Shown here: positions 12,663-26,466 of the stretch, piece by piece
How positions within the stretch are numbered: the first letter of the stretch is position 1
How the letters are laid out: each line of letters starts with the position of its first letter
Assembly: GCA_026026165.1 (NCBI GenBank)
Contig: JAPEUD010000042.1
Coordinates: forward strand, 124,001-188,000
Direction of reading: 5' to 3'
Length of the DNA stretch: 64,000 nt
DNA from: Sarea resinae
Taxonomy: Eukaryota
The notes under the pieces: model-generated
Databases searched by the model: none
What the model was told of the DNA's origin: nothing
What the model saw: the letters and a program-made list of their open reading frames with translations, nothing else
Position numbers and translations under genes: made by a program

Positions 12663-15200
12663 CTATCCGAAATGGAAGAGCGTCTGCTTTTTATTCTTAT
12701 TCCCCTTCTTCTTCCCAGCTGCGCCACTCCCGTCAGCTTCTCCCGCGAATCCATCTGGAGCCCCGTTCTCTCCCGCGGACACCCCACCTCCCCACGGGCT
12801 AGCCGACGGAGGACCCTTATTCCCGAACTCGCGTCTCACGGCCCCGTTGCCGTACCCGAATATCGTACTGCTCGGCTTAGCCGCAGCAGGCAAGGCGGGA
12901 AAGGCGTCAGAAGCATTGCGATTGCTGCTGGAAGCACCTCTGGATGCAGGCCGCGAGGACGCAGGCGAAGACCTCGAGGGCGTACCAGACGGAGCAATCC
13001 AGGGCGTTGCACCAACTCGGCCCGCGCCGGCTCGGTTGGCGGACGAAGCGGCTCCCGCGGGCATGATGGGTGGGAAGGGAGTAGCACCGGATGCCGAGGC
13101 GGCGGGGCCCCAGCTTCCTGTTCTGCTGGCGTCAGAGCGCGAAGAGCGCGCGGTGGAGCTCTTAAGCTTGAGGACTCTCGAGGCACCGCCGCCGATGGAT
13201 GATGCAGACATTCCTGGGAGAACGCCGCTGGGACCTGGCAGAGAGGGATAGTCTTCATTGATGGCTCGCCAGTCGTTCCAGGCCTTGAGCAGCTCGTTCC
13301 GCTTGGCTCCATTCTCGTAGAGTTCCGCCAGTTCTTTGATCAGTTTACCGAGTTCGGCCGTGGACGTGTCGAAGAGCGAGAAGAATGATTCGATTAGGTC
13401 GGCACTTGAGACGGAGGATTTGCGGAATGCAGAGATCTTGGCGCGGAATTCGGAGAGCTTCATCGGATCGTTTCTAAGCAGAGCTGACGCTCGTTCGATG
13501 ACGGCGGCATGACGAAGATTACGAGCTTGCTCTTGGGGTGTCAGATCTCGACTTCGTGACTCTTGAGGTGCAGCATTTGGCTCGAGACTGAGTGCTCCTA
13601 GCGGAGGAAACGATGGAGGTTCGTTGATAGGCCGTCGCGGCGCTGTTACCGTCACGGGCTCGTTCGATCTCGGTCGCGCAGGGGCAGAAGCAGAAGCAGA
13701 AGCATCAGCAGCAGTTAGTTGTCCACCGAACGTTCTTGTCGAGACAGACTGAGCGCTCTGAATTGCCATCTGTCTTTGATAGGCTATTTCATCTCTCCGC
13801 ATAGGTTGAGCACTGGATTGGGGGATTGCTTCGGCATTAGGATCTCGTCCTCTTCCTCGGCCACGACCTTCTCGTCGCTCTGATTGATGTGGTGCGCGAT
13901 AATCAAAGCCAGAAATATCGACCCTTCTAGCGTCTCTTCGGGCATCTTTTGACAGTCCGTTTGGATGGGATTCCAGTTGGTGTGCTTTGAGGTCCATCTC
14001 AGAATCAAACACCACAAATTTCTTCTCCAAGCATTCTTGGTCAAGGCAGAGGAAGTGGTCCTTCCTGAAATGTACCTCTAAGGAGTTGTAGTCAACGTAG
14101 TATTGTTGCTGACGCCCTGGATTTCTTCGATCGCAGAGATGACACCTTTCGTGCTTGTCTCGACAATGGACATAGAGTTCATCATCACCGTAAAAGCGTT
14201 GTCGACAGAAGCCACACTCAGGATGTCCCTTGAAACCGGATTGGTTGACAGCTCCTGGTTCGTCGTCTCCATACCTCTCATGCTTCCGCAATTCCGGAAC
14301 TGTAAACAGTTCATGTTCATGTGTAAACACCTTTTTGTTCCGAGTGCAGAGATCACTAAAGATCGTAAGCAACATATACAAAAGGATGGGCTTGACTTAC
14401 CACATGACTTTCTGATGAACGCTTTTGACGTGCCGGTGAAGATCAGGCCAACCCAAGCAAGCAATATCACAGCCTGCATCCGGGCAGTTGTATCGCAAAA
14501 GAAGAACAGTATCCTCGAAGATCTCTGGTTTCTCGTATTTGATCCCCAAGTTATCATCCTGTCTCACGAAGTCCGAGTCCGTAAAATTCTCGAATCTTTT
14601 GAGTGGCTCATCGGTGAAGATAACCATCTCGGCACTTGTCTGTGGAGGCATGTATTAGCAGGCCAGTACTCCCGTGGGAAGGTGCGATCATACTCGACAG
14701 TGTGCACAGGCTTTGGTCTTGTAAAGTGCCCTCAATCTTAGAGCACAGATATGGCATGTCCGGTGGTTACATGGAGCAACTGAACTATGAACCACGGGTG
14801 ATGCGCAAATGAAGCACACCTCCGAATCGTCCTCGCTGGCCGCATCGCCGTCGACGAGAGCCCTACCCTTCACAATCTCTTCGCCCTGAACTTGAGAGGC
14901 ATCTCCGGTCAGACGAGCACCGAAGTTGCCTCGACTTTGAAGGCCGGGAGGTGGTTGTATTGAAATTTGCCCAGGATCAACGTTCGGAGTGTTGCCGTTG
15001 GTGCCATTCGCGCCACCACGATTGCCTCGTGCACCGCGTCCGCCTCTTCTGCCTGCTCTCGGCCCTGCATTATCTGAATGTCTCTGTCTACCGCCTCGAC
15101 CTCCCCCTCGTCGTCCATCGCGTCCTCTTTCACTGGGGATCTGTGAGCTCGATGGATTGCCTGGTGCCCCGCCTTGTGGAGCTGAGTCAAGAGAGGCCAT
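12663..15200 (-). CDS. HEL2: RING/C2H2 E3 ubiquitin ligase of ribosome quality control (Hel2/ZNF598)
   Basis: RING CFICA...PCNHRTCHICALRLRALYKTKACAHCR, C2H2 array (GHPECGFC...HCRDKHERCHLC) and RGG-rich N-terminus. Introns 14693-14640 and 14400-14356. Confidence 0.93.
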
Positions 15201-15883
15201 GATATCTACAATGAATCGTAGCAAAGAGCGTCAGTCGAAGTAGGTACCGTAGAGAGGCACGAAAATCAGTGGGTGCCACTGCAGGTGGCTTTGAGCTCAG
15301 ATTAATTGTAGTGGGTGTCGCTTCGTGAATCGTCATGAGCGACGTTAGCAAATCTGGTGGGGTCTCGCCAATAATGACCACCGATCAAACCGAAGTGCGA
15401 TCATTCACTCTAGACGGAGATTACTTGCAGCAAAATAACTAAGAGGCTCTCAGACTATGATACTTGATTCGCATGACATCGATGAGACTAGCGATTATGG
15501 CACACTGTTACCGTATAGCAGACTCTCCAACTAGAGAAGGGTAATTTTTGCCTTACGATCTGGTATTACATTTTTCGCGTGGCCAGTAGAAGGGGCATCC
15601 GCAAACGAGAAGATAGACTGTGATGACATTCGTATGCTTTTACGATCAAATTATCCTAACGGCCATACAGTACATGCTGCGGCAATTGGTTGTCAGTAGT
15701 GAACGCCTGTGCCCGTCAACTATGCTCCCCTGGGACTCACACAATCCCGATGCATTCGACGCCTGCGCAGCTGGGAATAAACAGTTGAAGGAGCCGGAAA
15801 TAGTATAACTGTTCAAAATAGAGAAAGTGTGGGATATTCCTAAATACCACCTGGAGTGGTGGACAAAACCTTACTCTGGAGGC

Positions 15884-16940
15884 CTACTCATCCATAGGGT
15901 AGAGATTTTGGTTCAGTAGCTTGTTCATAGTGAACATATGTACCCGATCTTGCTTGAAGACGGCTTTCATGGCATCATCGCAGATAATTTGACGTTTATC
16001 TGAAGGATCCTGTAGATCGTGGGCTTTGATATGCTCCCATACCTTCTTGACCGTCTGCGGCCGCGAAAGCTTTGGATCGTTAGCCAGATTCAGTGCCTTG
16101 ATGAGCGCCACTTACAGAGGTGATCCCTCCCAGAAGCTCCGATAATGGGGCAGACAAAGCTAATGGCTTCTTCGGAAAAGTCAGCATCCGCTGTCGCGAC
16201 CCTTTTGGTTGCTTACATGGAAAGCTCCACTCCGGTTCACCTTCTTGTCTTTCTCAGACCCAGATGCCAGATCGCTGTCATCTTCCGACTTGATGGCTTT
16301 GGCAGATTTACTCTTGACGGGACTTTTCTTCTTTTTTATCGGCTGCTTTTTCCTCGTTGGTCCACCTCTAGTTGGTCTAGCACGGCTGAGCTCCTCAGCT
16401 TGCAGTCTAGCAGCAAACGCCGCATCGTCATCAACAGATTCCGCTTTGCGCTTCTTCTTTGGTGGCGGAGTATCTACAACATCCGAAAGTTCTCCGTCGT
16501 CTTCCTCTCTTTTAGATGCTGGAGGTGGCTTCGATTTTGGAGCAGATTTGGTGGGTTGGGTAGCTCCATTAGCCCCGTTCTCTTTACTATGTGCCACGCC
16601 ATTGGTTGGTTTCGCCTGCTTTGCAGACTCCGCAGCGTGTAATTTCTCGTTCAATCTATCGAATCGGGCAAGAATGAGAGTCTTTATGGCGGCCTAGTAA
16701 AGACATTAGAGAGCAATACAGCAAACGGGCGTGTGCCCATACCTTCTGCGGAGTGAGATCATAGCCCACTTGTTCCTGGAGACCTTTGCGAATGCGCTTC
16801 TCCGAAATGGTGTTGAGGTCGCTTTTTGCAAGAATTGAATCGATGATAGTCGCATAGGAGGCTTCGACTTCTTGAGGTACTGACACCAGGAGGTCAGTTT
16901 AAGTCCATCATCCAAGTGGCAGACGGTCCGCACATGACAT
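15884..16940 (-). CDS. DEK-C plus SWIB/MDM2 domain protein (Tri1/Uaf30-like)
   Basis: N-terminal IDSILAKSDLNTISEKRIRKGLQ (DEK-C) and C-terminal LSRPQTVKKVWEHIKAHDLQDPSDKRQIICD (SWIB). 7-nt first exon; introns 16933-16880, 16742-16694, 16216-16170, 16115-16070. Confidence 0.9.
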
Positions 16941-17631
16941 GTTTACCAAAGCTCACTCGATGCTCTGCTAAGATTGAGTCGCAAAATGCTTTGGTCTGTT
17001 GGGCCACTGAGGAGCCAGAGCTCGACAGAGGCAGCGGGGATCTAGTATGAACTTTGGAAGGCGATCGAGCAGTTGCATGAGGAGGGGCACGGATTTGGTA
17101 GAATGCCAGTAGCTGGCTATGTGATGGGCAGGAAGGGATCAATGATAAATGGGCACGCAGAGATTGGAAGCGACGAGAGGAACTAGAAGAAATGGGCTGG
17201 TGAGGCGTTGATCTGGTGGTTGCGCATGCGCTGCTGTGAGGCGGCTGGCTGGTTGGGATCTACTCGGAACATATCATCTGCAGATCAACGCCCCGGTCTG
17301 GAGCATCCATCATCCATGGATCACCGAACAGCTAAAGTGACCCTCGAACCTCCATGATCGGCCACCGTACTAGTGCGTGGCACTTCACCTCGTACTTCGC
17401 ATTGGGAGCCCGTCACCCGCCCTACTCGCTTAGCCCTCGTCTCCAGATCAGAACATACTGTTAGGTACTTCGCTCGAACCCTGCACGTGATCCACCAGCA
17501 ACGACAGCAGGACTGCGAAAATCGAAATTCTGTTCACACTTGCCCCTCGCAATCAAAGCAACAGCGCCCAGGGTCCAAGGAAACGGCAGCGGAACGACCA
17601 CGCCGAGAGCAAGTCTGATATTCTGCCCAAT

Positions 17632-19999
17632 ATGGCGCCCAGCTTCGAGAATCTGTCCGAGGAGGATGACTCCTACGACGAAGAGGAGGAGCTTGACTTC
17701 TCAGGTCGGTGCCCTCGTGATCTCGAAGTGTTCACAATTGACGAAGCCCTTGACAGACTTGAGAGAACAGTATGAAGTTCGGTTGGAACAGGGTCTGGAT
17801 GCTTTTGTGGTCATCGATGGACTACCCGTTGTCCCAGAAGACAGCAGACAAAAGCTTATCAAGTTCCTCTTGAGGAAACTGAATACCGTGGGAAAGACGC
17901 GCGAAGATGCTATCTTCATGCCTTTAAGCGACAAGAAGATGACCGAAGGGTAAGTGATCGCCCCATGTGCTTCAGGACAAATTATTAAGGCTTTTCAGTT
18001 TCGCGTTCGTGGAGTACGAGACCCCCGAACAGGCCGTTGCTGCTGTCAAAGCCCTGCACGGAACTCCCCTGGATAGGAAGCACACACTCGCAGTGAACAA
18101 GCTTACGGATATTGATCGCTATGGTCGTGAAGGCCGTATCGATGAAGACTACGAGCCGCCGCAGGTCGAACCATTCTCCGAGAAAGAACACCTACGGTGG
18201 TGGTTGGGCGACCCATCTGCACGAGATCAAATGGTTATGTTCCGAGGTGACAACGTGGGTGTCTTCTGGAACAGAAAGAAGGACCCTCCGGAGCTCATTG
18301 TTGACCGCCAACACTGGACCGAGTCTTTTGTGCAATGGTCACCCATGGGCACTTATCTCACATCTATGCACGCCCAAGGTGTGCAACTCTGGGGTGGTCC
18401 CTCTTGGAGCAGGCAGAAGCGCTTCGCCCATCCAATGGTCAACCTCGTAGACTTCTCGCCAAATGAGAAATACCTCGTCACTTGGTCCGTGATGCCAATG
18501 AGAGTAGACGAAGGCCATCCTGTTCTGTCGGTTGAAGAAGATGGGAAGAATTACATTATCTGGGACCTCGAGACTGGCAAGCCCCTTAGATCCTTCCAGA
18601 CTATAGACATTCCTGGTCCACCTGTCGACGACAATGGCAATCCTGTCAAGAAGAAAGTGCAATGGCCTGCCTTCAAGTGGTCGGCTGATGACAAGTACGT
18701 GGCAAGAATGACACAAGGACAATCCATCTCCGTGTACGAGCTTCCGAAGATGAATCTATTGGATAAGGTTTCGATCAAGATCGAGGGCGTCATGGATTTC
18801 GAATGGGCGCCAGCAACTCCTAAGCGCGATAGTGTCAAGACTTACGAGCAACTTTTCTGCTACTGGACTCCCGAGATTGGCAGTAATCCCGCCAAGGTGG
18901 GATTGATGAGCATTCCCTCCAAGGAAATCGTCCGAACTCGCAATCTCTTCAATGTCTCCGATGCCAAGCTCCATTGGCAATCACAAGCTGCATATGTGTG
19001 CGTCAAGGTTGATCGTCACTCAAAGTCAAAGAAGTCGCTCGCAACCAACCTCGAGATCTTCCGCGTCAGAGAAAAGGGTGTACCAGTTGAGGTCGTCGAT
19101 TCCATCAAGGACACCGTCATCAACTTTGCATGGGAGCCGAAAGGCGATCGTTTCGTTCTCATCACGACAGCAGAAATCCTGGCTTCGACCGCCGTACCTC
19201 CTAAGACCTCAGTATCATTCTTTTGCCCGGAAAAGGTCAAAGGCAATGCTGTTGGTAATTTCAAGCATATTCGTACAGTCGAAAAGAAGAACAGCAATGC
19301 TATCTACTGGTCTCCTCGGGGGCGGTTCGTCATCGTTGCTACTGTTCACTCTCAGCAAAGCTTCGATCTCGACTTTTGGGATATGGATTATGAGGGCGAA
19401 AAACCCGAGAGCGACAAGGATTTGACCGCCAACCTACAGCTTATGGCTACCGCCGACCACTATGCCGTAACAGATGTTGAATGGGACCCCACCGGACGAT
19501 ACGTTGCGACAAGCTCAAGCATGTGGAAGCACCCGGTAAGTCGAAACTTCGGGTAACTACAGAGTAATACTAATCGAGAGTACAGATGGAAAACGGCTAT
19601 CACCTGTACGACTTCAAGGGCACCCAACTGCGCGAAGAGCACATTGAACGCTTCAAGCAATTCCTTTGGCGACCTCGTCCTCCTACTTTGCTGTCCAAGG
19701 AACAGCAGAAGCAAATCCGCAAGAATCTCCGTGAGTACAGCAAGATCTTCGAAGAAGAGGACCAGTACGAAGCCGATACCGCCAACCTTGCTATCGTCGA
19801 GCTGCGTAGAAGACTTCTCAACGAGTGGCTTGCCTGGAGAGAGCGCACCGAGGAAGAGCTTCGTGCCGAGAGGAGAGAGCGTGGTCTGCCCGAAGAGACC
19901 ATTGACGAAGCCCAAGCCGCCGAGGACGAGGATGAGGGCGAGATGGTTGAGGAGATTGTCGAGGAGATTGTCGATGAGACCGAGGAGATTATTGGATAG
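17632..19999 (+). CDS. PRT1: Eukaryotic translation initiation factor 3 subunit B
   Basis: RRM ([11 protein letters not shown]...[12 protein letters not shown]), beta-propeller ([15 protein letters not shown]) and [12 protein letters not shown]. Introns 17705-17756, 17950-17998, 19536-19585. Confidence 0.97.
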
Positions 20000-21890
20000 G
20001 GGGCGTTCATCCTGGCCGATAGAACGGCTGGAGTGCGACAAGCGATGTTTCGCACTGGAGGTTCAGCCACTATGTGGCATCATGTGGGACGCATCTGATG
20101 GAGGGAGCTGTATCATATAGCATATCCATCGTTGGACGTTTCAATGGCATATCAATTGCATTCCGGACTTTCGCTGTCTTGTTGCTGACCTGTCGCGGAC
20201 GCACGTTCCATGTGCGCCCCCGTCCCTAGTTCGAGTGATTAGTGGCTACCTAAGGTAGTAGTTGAAGCAGACGGATATCTCTCTACTTTTGCATCCTTCA
20301 TCTATCTGGACATGACATGCATGGATCTAGCCCTGCCAATCGAGAGACCAGCCTCTTCTAGAGTAGAATAGAGTACCATGTGCACCAGTTCGGTTCGTGT
20401 AAGATCAGAGCGATGAGATGTGATGGATTTGATGTGATGCTATAAGTACTTGGTAGTCATAGTTGAAGAGTAAGACTGTAAAGAGCTAGAACACGGTAAG
20501 AAGTACTACTCTAGTACTCTGCTGCTACAATGTTGTGAGGTATGTGGATCTTGATCTTGCAATTCCCATGAGTCTCGAGTCTTTTCTTCTCCGCCTCAGC
20601 AGCAGCAGCTGCTGTTCCTGTTCTCCGCGGCTGTGAAAAGCTGTTGGCATTGGGTACGGATATAAGCGAAGGACCAGCCAGCCTTGGAGAGCGATCAAAG
20701 CAAGCAAGAAGCTTCACTCACTCCCTTCCTTATACTCTCTCTACTCTGGATCTCTAGACCCCACCCTAGCCCTGGGAGCAATGGTAGCGGAGGAGATGCT
20801 ACACAGACAACGAATCGATATAGCAGTGTCAGCTCCAGTAAGGTCGCCGTGCTTCACCGTTCAATTCCAGCTCCAGCTATGCTCCTCTCGTCGTTGAGAG
20901 CAGAGACGTCCTCGTGGTCGATGGCGCAAGAATGCCACTCAGCTCACACCAGCGTTTCCGTTACGTATTAGTCTGGTCGTTTTCCAACCGCACCGACCGA
21001 TGGCGAGCCCAGGAGCCATCGTTGCGACGAGATGGCTCCTATTACCCCGTTGCCACGACGAGAATAATGGAATTAATCTAATTTCCATATCGTCCTCCAC
21101 GGATGCTGCTCCATCAAACGTGCCTAACGAGTGCGCGCTGCGCTTGGATCCATCCTTACCTCCTGTCCTAGACTCCTAGTATCGCTCTCGCCCCTCCCGC
21201 CCGTCCCCGCGCCGTCGACGACTCTAAAATCTTAAATCATTGTGCCCTCCTAGCACGAACCGTAAGGCATTGCTTGCTTGCAAGACAAGCCGTCCTCTTT
21301 TCTCTTAGTCTATCTTCGATTCGCCGGTCTTCGGCGAATCTTTTCCACTCTCCATGGCACCACACCTACCTTTCTCTTTGCTCTTGTAGTCGTCCAATTG
21401 CTATTCCTTCACATACTACTATCACTACCACTACCACTACCACGACTGGCATTCTCTGTCGTTGCGGTCTGCGAAGTTTGTCGTGCGACGAGGTCTAGTT
21501 GGACCTTACATATCCATATTGCGCATAATTAACATCTCGAGACCCGTGTGCGACGTCAACATTTCTTCTTGCGACTCTTGTCTCAGAACGGGGACGCTGG
21601 AACCCATTTCTGGATATCTTTGGGATATCATTGTCTCTGTTCGCTGAGACGCGTGATCCTCGGATTGTACACCGCTCTCTCGACAGGGTCTCAATCGGGC
21701 CGGGAAAGAGGCAGCTATTCATATACCGGACGTCGCGAACTTTACTCAGAGAGCCGCCTGGGAAGCTGCTACGAGGTCATCGCCGTACGTGTACTAAGAA
21801 CTGTGTTGGCGCATAACATTACGACCGAAAATCATCTTTCTCGGTGGACGGCGACTGAAATAGCGCCAGAAATCACTGCACAAATTCGAC

Positions 21891-22637
21891 ATGGCGACCC
21901 CAGCACGGCCATCCGTCGAATCAGCCCGATCGCATAGCTTGCGAGCTGTGTCTCACGGTCGCGGAGGCGCAGGTAAGCAACTCCTTTCTTTTCCTTCTCT
22001 TCATTATTTTCTTCCTTTCGCTCATGCGCACAACGTTCCCCTTACTCGCTCTAACTCCTTCTTACTTGCGCAGGCAACATGGGCGAAGACCACCGCGACA
22101 GCAGCTATCTCGAAGACCTTTCTACCCCAACCATCAAATCAGACATGTACACCACTGGCCGCGGCGGCTCGGGGAATATGGCCAAAAACGACCCCGAGAA
22201 TCCGCGAATTGCGCGCGAGAGCCAAGATGTCGAAGGTGTTCCGATGCGCGACAGTACTGGTGATGTGCATTTTGGGAGGGGTACGTTCTGAGTGTTCCGT
22301 TGCTTTACTCCACTACCCCACCTCATCCTCCTGTCGCCGCTGTCGGATGACTAGGACTGTCTGGCCGGGCGACCTAGCATATCGTTCTGCGCAAGTATGA
22401 ACGGAGACTTCAATGCTAACACGCCGATCATGACCTACAGGCGGCGCAGCAAACGTCATCAAGCCCCCCGAAGACGAGGCCGCATTGGCGCGCGAGGAAA
22501 ACGAACGAGTGGCTCGCGCCCTCGCAAACCAGCATGATGCGCCAATTGTCGAGGAGGAGGGCAGGACCGAGGATGTAAGAGGATGGGCAGATAAGGGAAA
22601 GGATTTCTTGCTGGGCAGAAGACGGCGGGGGAAGTAG
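21891..22637 (+). CDS. Small DUF3602/Par32-like protein with GRGGxGN repeats
   Basis: Repeats SHGRGGAGN, TTGRGGSGN and HFGRGGAAN after splicing introns 21973-22073 and 22281-22440; stop TAG 22635-22637. Confidence 0.85.
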
Positions 22638-23060
22638 AGGAAGTGAGGGACGGAGGTTTTGAAAGGTGCGAGATAATGATGAGGGCGTGGCGCATGGATG
22701 ACGATTCTATATTCATTGGTCCTGTTTGTTCCTTTTTCTATACGTTTGCTATCTGGATAACTTGGGTCCGTAGGTACCGTTGGTATCGTGCTGTACGAAG
22801 TAGGTATTCATATAGGTCTAGGTCTAGGCTGTAGCTGTCTGTATAACGGTATATATATCAAATGTCTAACACGGTACCATCCATGTATCCATCCTCCATC
22901 CTCCATTCTCCCCTCCCTTTCTCTTGCTTGGGCTCGAGAAAGGCCCAGGCCCTTGCTCTGGGCACTTGGACAATGCATCCATGGATGGACAGTTATCCTG
23001 ACTCGTGTGGGCCCCGGACTCCGTTGCGCGTGTTGCCGTACCCAAATTGAGTCAGCCACC

Positions 23061-23131
23061 CTTCTTCTTCTTCTTCTTCTTCTTCTTCTTCTTCTTCTTC
23101 TTCTTCTTCTTCTTCTTCTTCTTCTTCTTCT
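23061..23131. repeat. (CTT)n microsatellite
   Basis: About 23 perfect CTT units read directly. Confidence 0.95.
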
Positions 23132-26100
23132 GCAGAGCTACAGGCCAAGAAGACCTCCAGGGCCCGGGCGGGCCGGCGGGCTGGCTTTGACTGATTGAAT
23201 TGCGTCAATATCAAGGAAAGCCGTCTCGCTGACCTGAGGGAGAAATAGAAACATCCAATGCCCTTTTCTTTCTTTTTCTCGAGTCCGTTTCGGCTGGAGC
23301 CTAGAGGGGCACGGGCGGGGCAGGGCAGGGCAGGGCCAGGCAAGCGAAGTAGGCGCCGCGGGTCCATGGACTACCGGGCTGCTAAATAGCTAGTACGACC
23401 GACTGTCGCCCGTACTTCGTACTACTATGAAATGGATGGCATGGTGGGGTTTTGGGCGGGGGCGTTCGATTCGAGGAGAGAAGAGGATAGGAGGGAGAGT
23501 GAGCCGCTAGGGTACGCAGTAGAGAGACCTTCTTTTACACCTACCTAGGCTGGGTTTGCTCCGTCTGTCTGTCTGGCCTAATATCTCCAGGGCTGAGAGG
23601 GCCAGCGCTTACTTAGGGCTTGATGTGCCAATGCCCTCGGGCTGGTCTTCTTTTCCCGCCTTCGTTTGCAGAGTACTTTGGATCTAGGCAGAGAGAGAGT
23701 GTGTGTGCCTTCTAACGTTATTTACTCTGTGCCTTGCCTCGCTTTGGTTGCCTTACCCGACCGTATTTGACGTGTTTCCGATGATTGTCAGATGGATCAA
23801 AGGTATTGCGTGCATCGCATCCATGCATGGATGCGTGCATGGCCCGAGTGTCGTGTCCGAGGGCTTCCTCGGAGTCAAAGCACAGGCTACAGTTAGCGGG
23901 CCGCCCGCCGTGGGAGCAAGCGCTAGCTGGCCGGGAAGATGCCTCGCTACGGCAAGGCAAGGCAAAGTGAAGTGAGGTAAGGGAAGAGAAGAGAAGGTAA
24001 ATAATAGGAAGGGCTAGGCTACTCTAGTATCCTTGGTGCCCTCGGGCTGGATCCCAGGCAGACGGCCAGATGAATGCTACCCAGCAAAGGCTGCCATCGG
24101 CCGAGGATGGATGAATGAATGGAGAGAATGTCCTTGAGTGCCTGGAGTAGGCGGCTGTTTGCAGCACGAGAAACTCAGGGAAACGGACACGGTTGGGTAG
24201 GGGATTTGGGGAGAGGGAGGGCCATGGCACGAATCACTACTAGAGCCGACAGCTGCTAGAGGAGCTCAAGACAGAGAAAGATCCGGTCGTGAGTCGCGAG
24301 TGGGTGGGGCCCGTCAACCGGTATCCTCTCCCATCCGTGGTTCTGGTCGAGCCGCCGTCTCCCTTTCTTTGGTTTGGGAGTTGCTGCTCGCTGCCGCCCG
24401 CCCGCATGCAAGGCTTGCGTGCGTGCGTGCGTGCATGGGCGCATGAATGCATGAATGCATGCAGGCAAGTAGGCAGAAGGGGTGGAATGGAGAAGCATGG
24501 AGAGTCAGGGAGAATCGTCATTGGGAGACTGGTAAATGGATCAATGCTGGATGTGCTGGATGCGCCGCACTGGGTCGAGGGCTGGTTACACGGGGGAAGA
24601 GGTGGGGGGGGGGTCTGGGGACTTGTTTCCGGGAATCTGCAGGTTGTATCCATTTGATCCTTCCACCTTCCACCTCCCACCTTCCACCCTCCATGATTTC
24701 GCGGTGACGGGAAGCGGAGGTCTGGCGATGTGGCTTCATTGGTTCCCGACCCGGTGGACTCGGACTCTGCGGTGGCGATGCGATGATCGAAAGCAGAGGA
24801 GTCGAAGAGGCAGAGGAAGGTGGGAATGCAATGGACGGATGATGGACGGATGGGGTGTGGGCAGCATCGAGGCATGATTGTCGGGAATTACGACCCATGA
24901 ATGGAAATACGATACCGTGCATGGTGCATGGGCATGGATGGCATGGATGGCATCGAGGGCATCGACGTCTTCGTACCTGATCTCCCCAGTGATTCCCAGT
25001 GATTCCCATGGCTTCCCCTCTCCGCCACCATGGTCGTCACCACTGCATGTTACCTGCCCTTCCAGCCCCGACGACCTCACTGACCTCACTGACCTCACTG
25101 ACCGCCCGGTCTTCTTCGGTCTTGACACGCATGACATGGCTGCAAGCGCAGTAGGGACTGCGTCAGTCGAGGGGAATGGGGGTATTCGTACATTGATCAT
25201 CCAGGGGGGCAGACCGAGTTAGACTCCGAGAGAGCATTCAAGTCAGTTCATATCGATGAGTGCAACGTACGACACCGAGAGAGAAACGAGTGGAGAGTCG
25301 ATATCGACCACGAATACTGTACGCCAGACGCCGTAGTCGTGCAAGAGCCGCAGGATCTCCAAGCAGCGGCAGCGATCGAAACAGCGAAACAGCGAAACAG
25401 CGAAACCGCGAGACCGCGAGACCGCGAGACGGCGGCGGCTTTCCCACCTGACCTAGCCAAGTCCAAAGGTAAAGGTACCGGGTCGGTCGCCTCAGTGGTT
25501 CTCCACAGGTAGCGCTACCTCTGGACACCTCTCTGCCGCCATCATCGGTCGATCCGATCCGTCCATGGCGCGTACTTCTACCGAAGTCGACTGATCACTG
25601 GGCAGCGCCCGGTACTTGATCGAGCGCGGGCAGGGGCAGGCCAGACCAAGTATCGACTTACTTCAGTACGCAGTACCTCGAAGTAGACGAACTCCTCCAC
25701 TGACGCCCGTTGCCTTATCCATGATGATCTCCTCCTGCTGCTCCTGCTCCTCCTGCTCCTCCTGCTCCATCTGTCCCCCCTCCCCCTCACAGATCAGGAT
25801 AGAACGTCACCATCACCATCACCATCGCCCTCGCCATCGCCATCGCCCTCGCCGTGCCCTTCTCCGTCTCGAATTGTATCTGTCGCTGTCGCCGCATGGA
25901 CTCTACGGTCAGAGTTGCGCCGTTCGTCTCCCGTGCGAGTCATCTCCCTCCTTATATCTCATTGCCATTGCTGGATCTTCATGCATGCATTCGACGCCAA
26001 AGGTATGCATCTGCTAATATGCCAACCAACCCCCAATACCAATGCTTTTGCCCTCTTTTCTCCTCGCTCTCCTCTCCTCCTCTCCTCTCTCTCTTCCCCC

Positions 26101-26466
26101 CACCGCCCATCGTACCTGAACTCGTGTGTAACCTTTGTGCGCGCATTTAAGACTCCGACCTCGTGAACGCCTCTTTCTTCCAAATCCTGTTCTCATCGGC
26201 ACCACGCCTTCCTACTGCGACGACGGCTGAGAGAAAACGTCGAGCTGTGCCTGACCCCTCGGTGTCGGACGGACGAAAACCGCATATACAAAGATCACCC
26301 CTCTTTTGATCCACGGTCGTTTCCTACACCCTCGGCAAGTCGGTCGACGATACACGAATACTGCTTCTCTCTCTTTCCCTCTCTCGCTCTTGTTACCTGC
26401 GGTGCGAGAGAGACCTTATTTTCCCGTTCGGACGATAAACCACTGCGGTGTAGGAGATCAGACGTG

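Noticed and set aside
12340..13251. 303-aa plus-strand ORF with (KERK)n
   Set aside because: Antisense shadow of the GC-rich HEL2 3' end plus the translated GAAA microsatellite.
15540..15720. Sm-like AATTTTTG and box-C-like GTGATGA suggesting an snRNA or snoRNA
   Set aside because: No U1/U2/U4/U5 signature, no box D and no recognisable rRNA-complementary guide.
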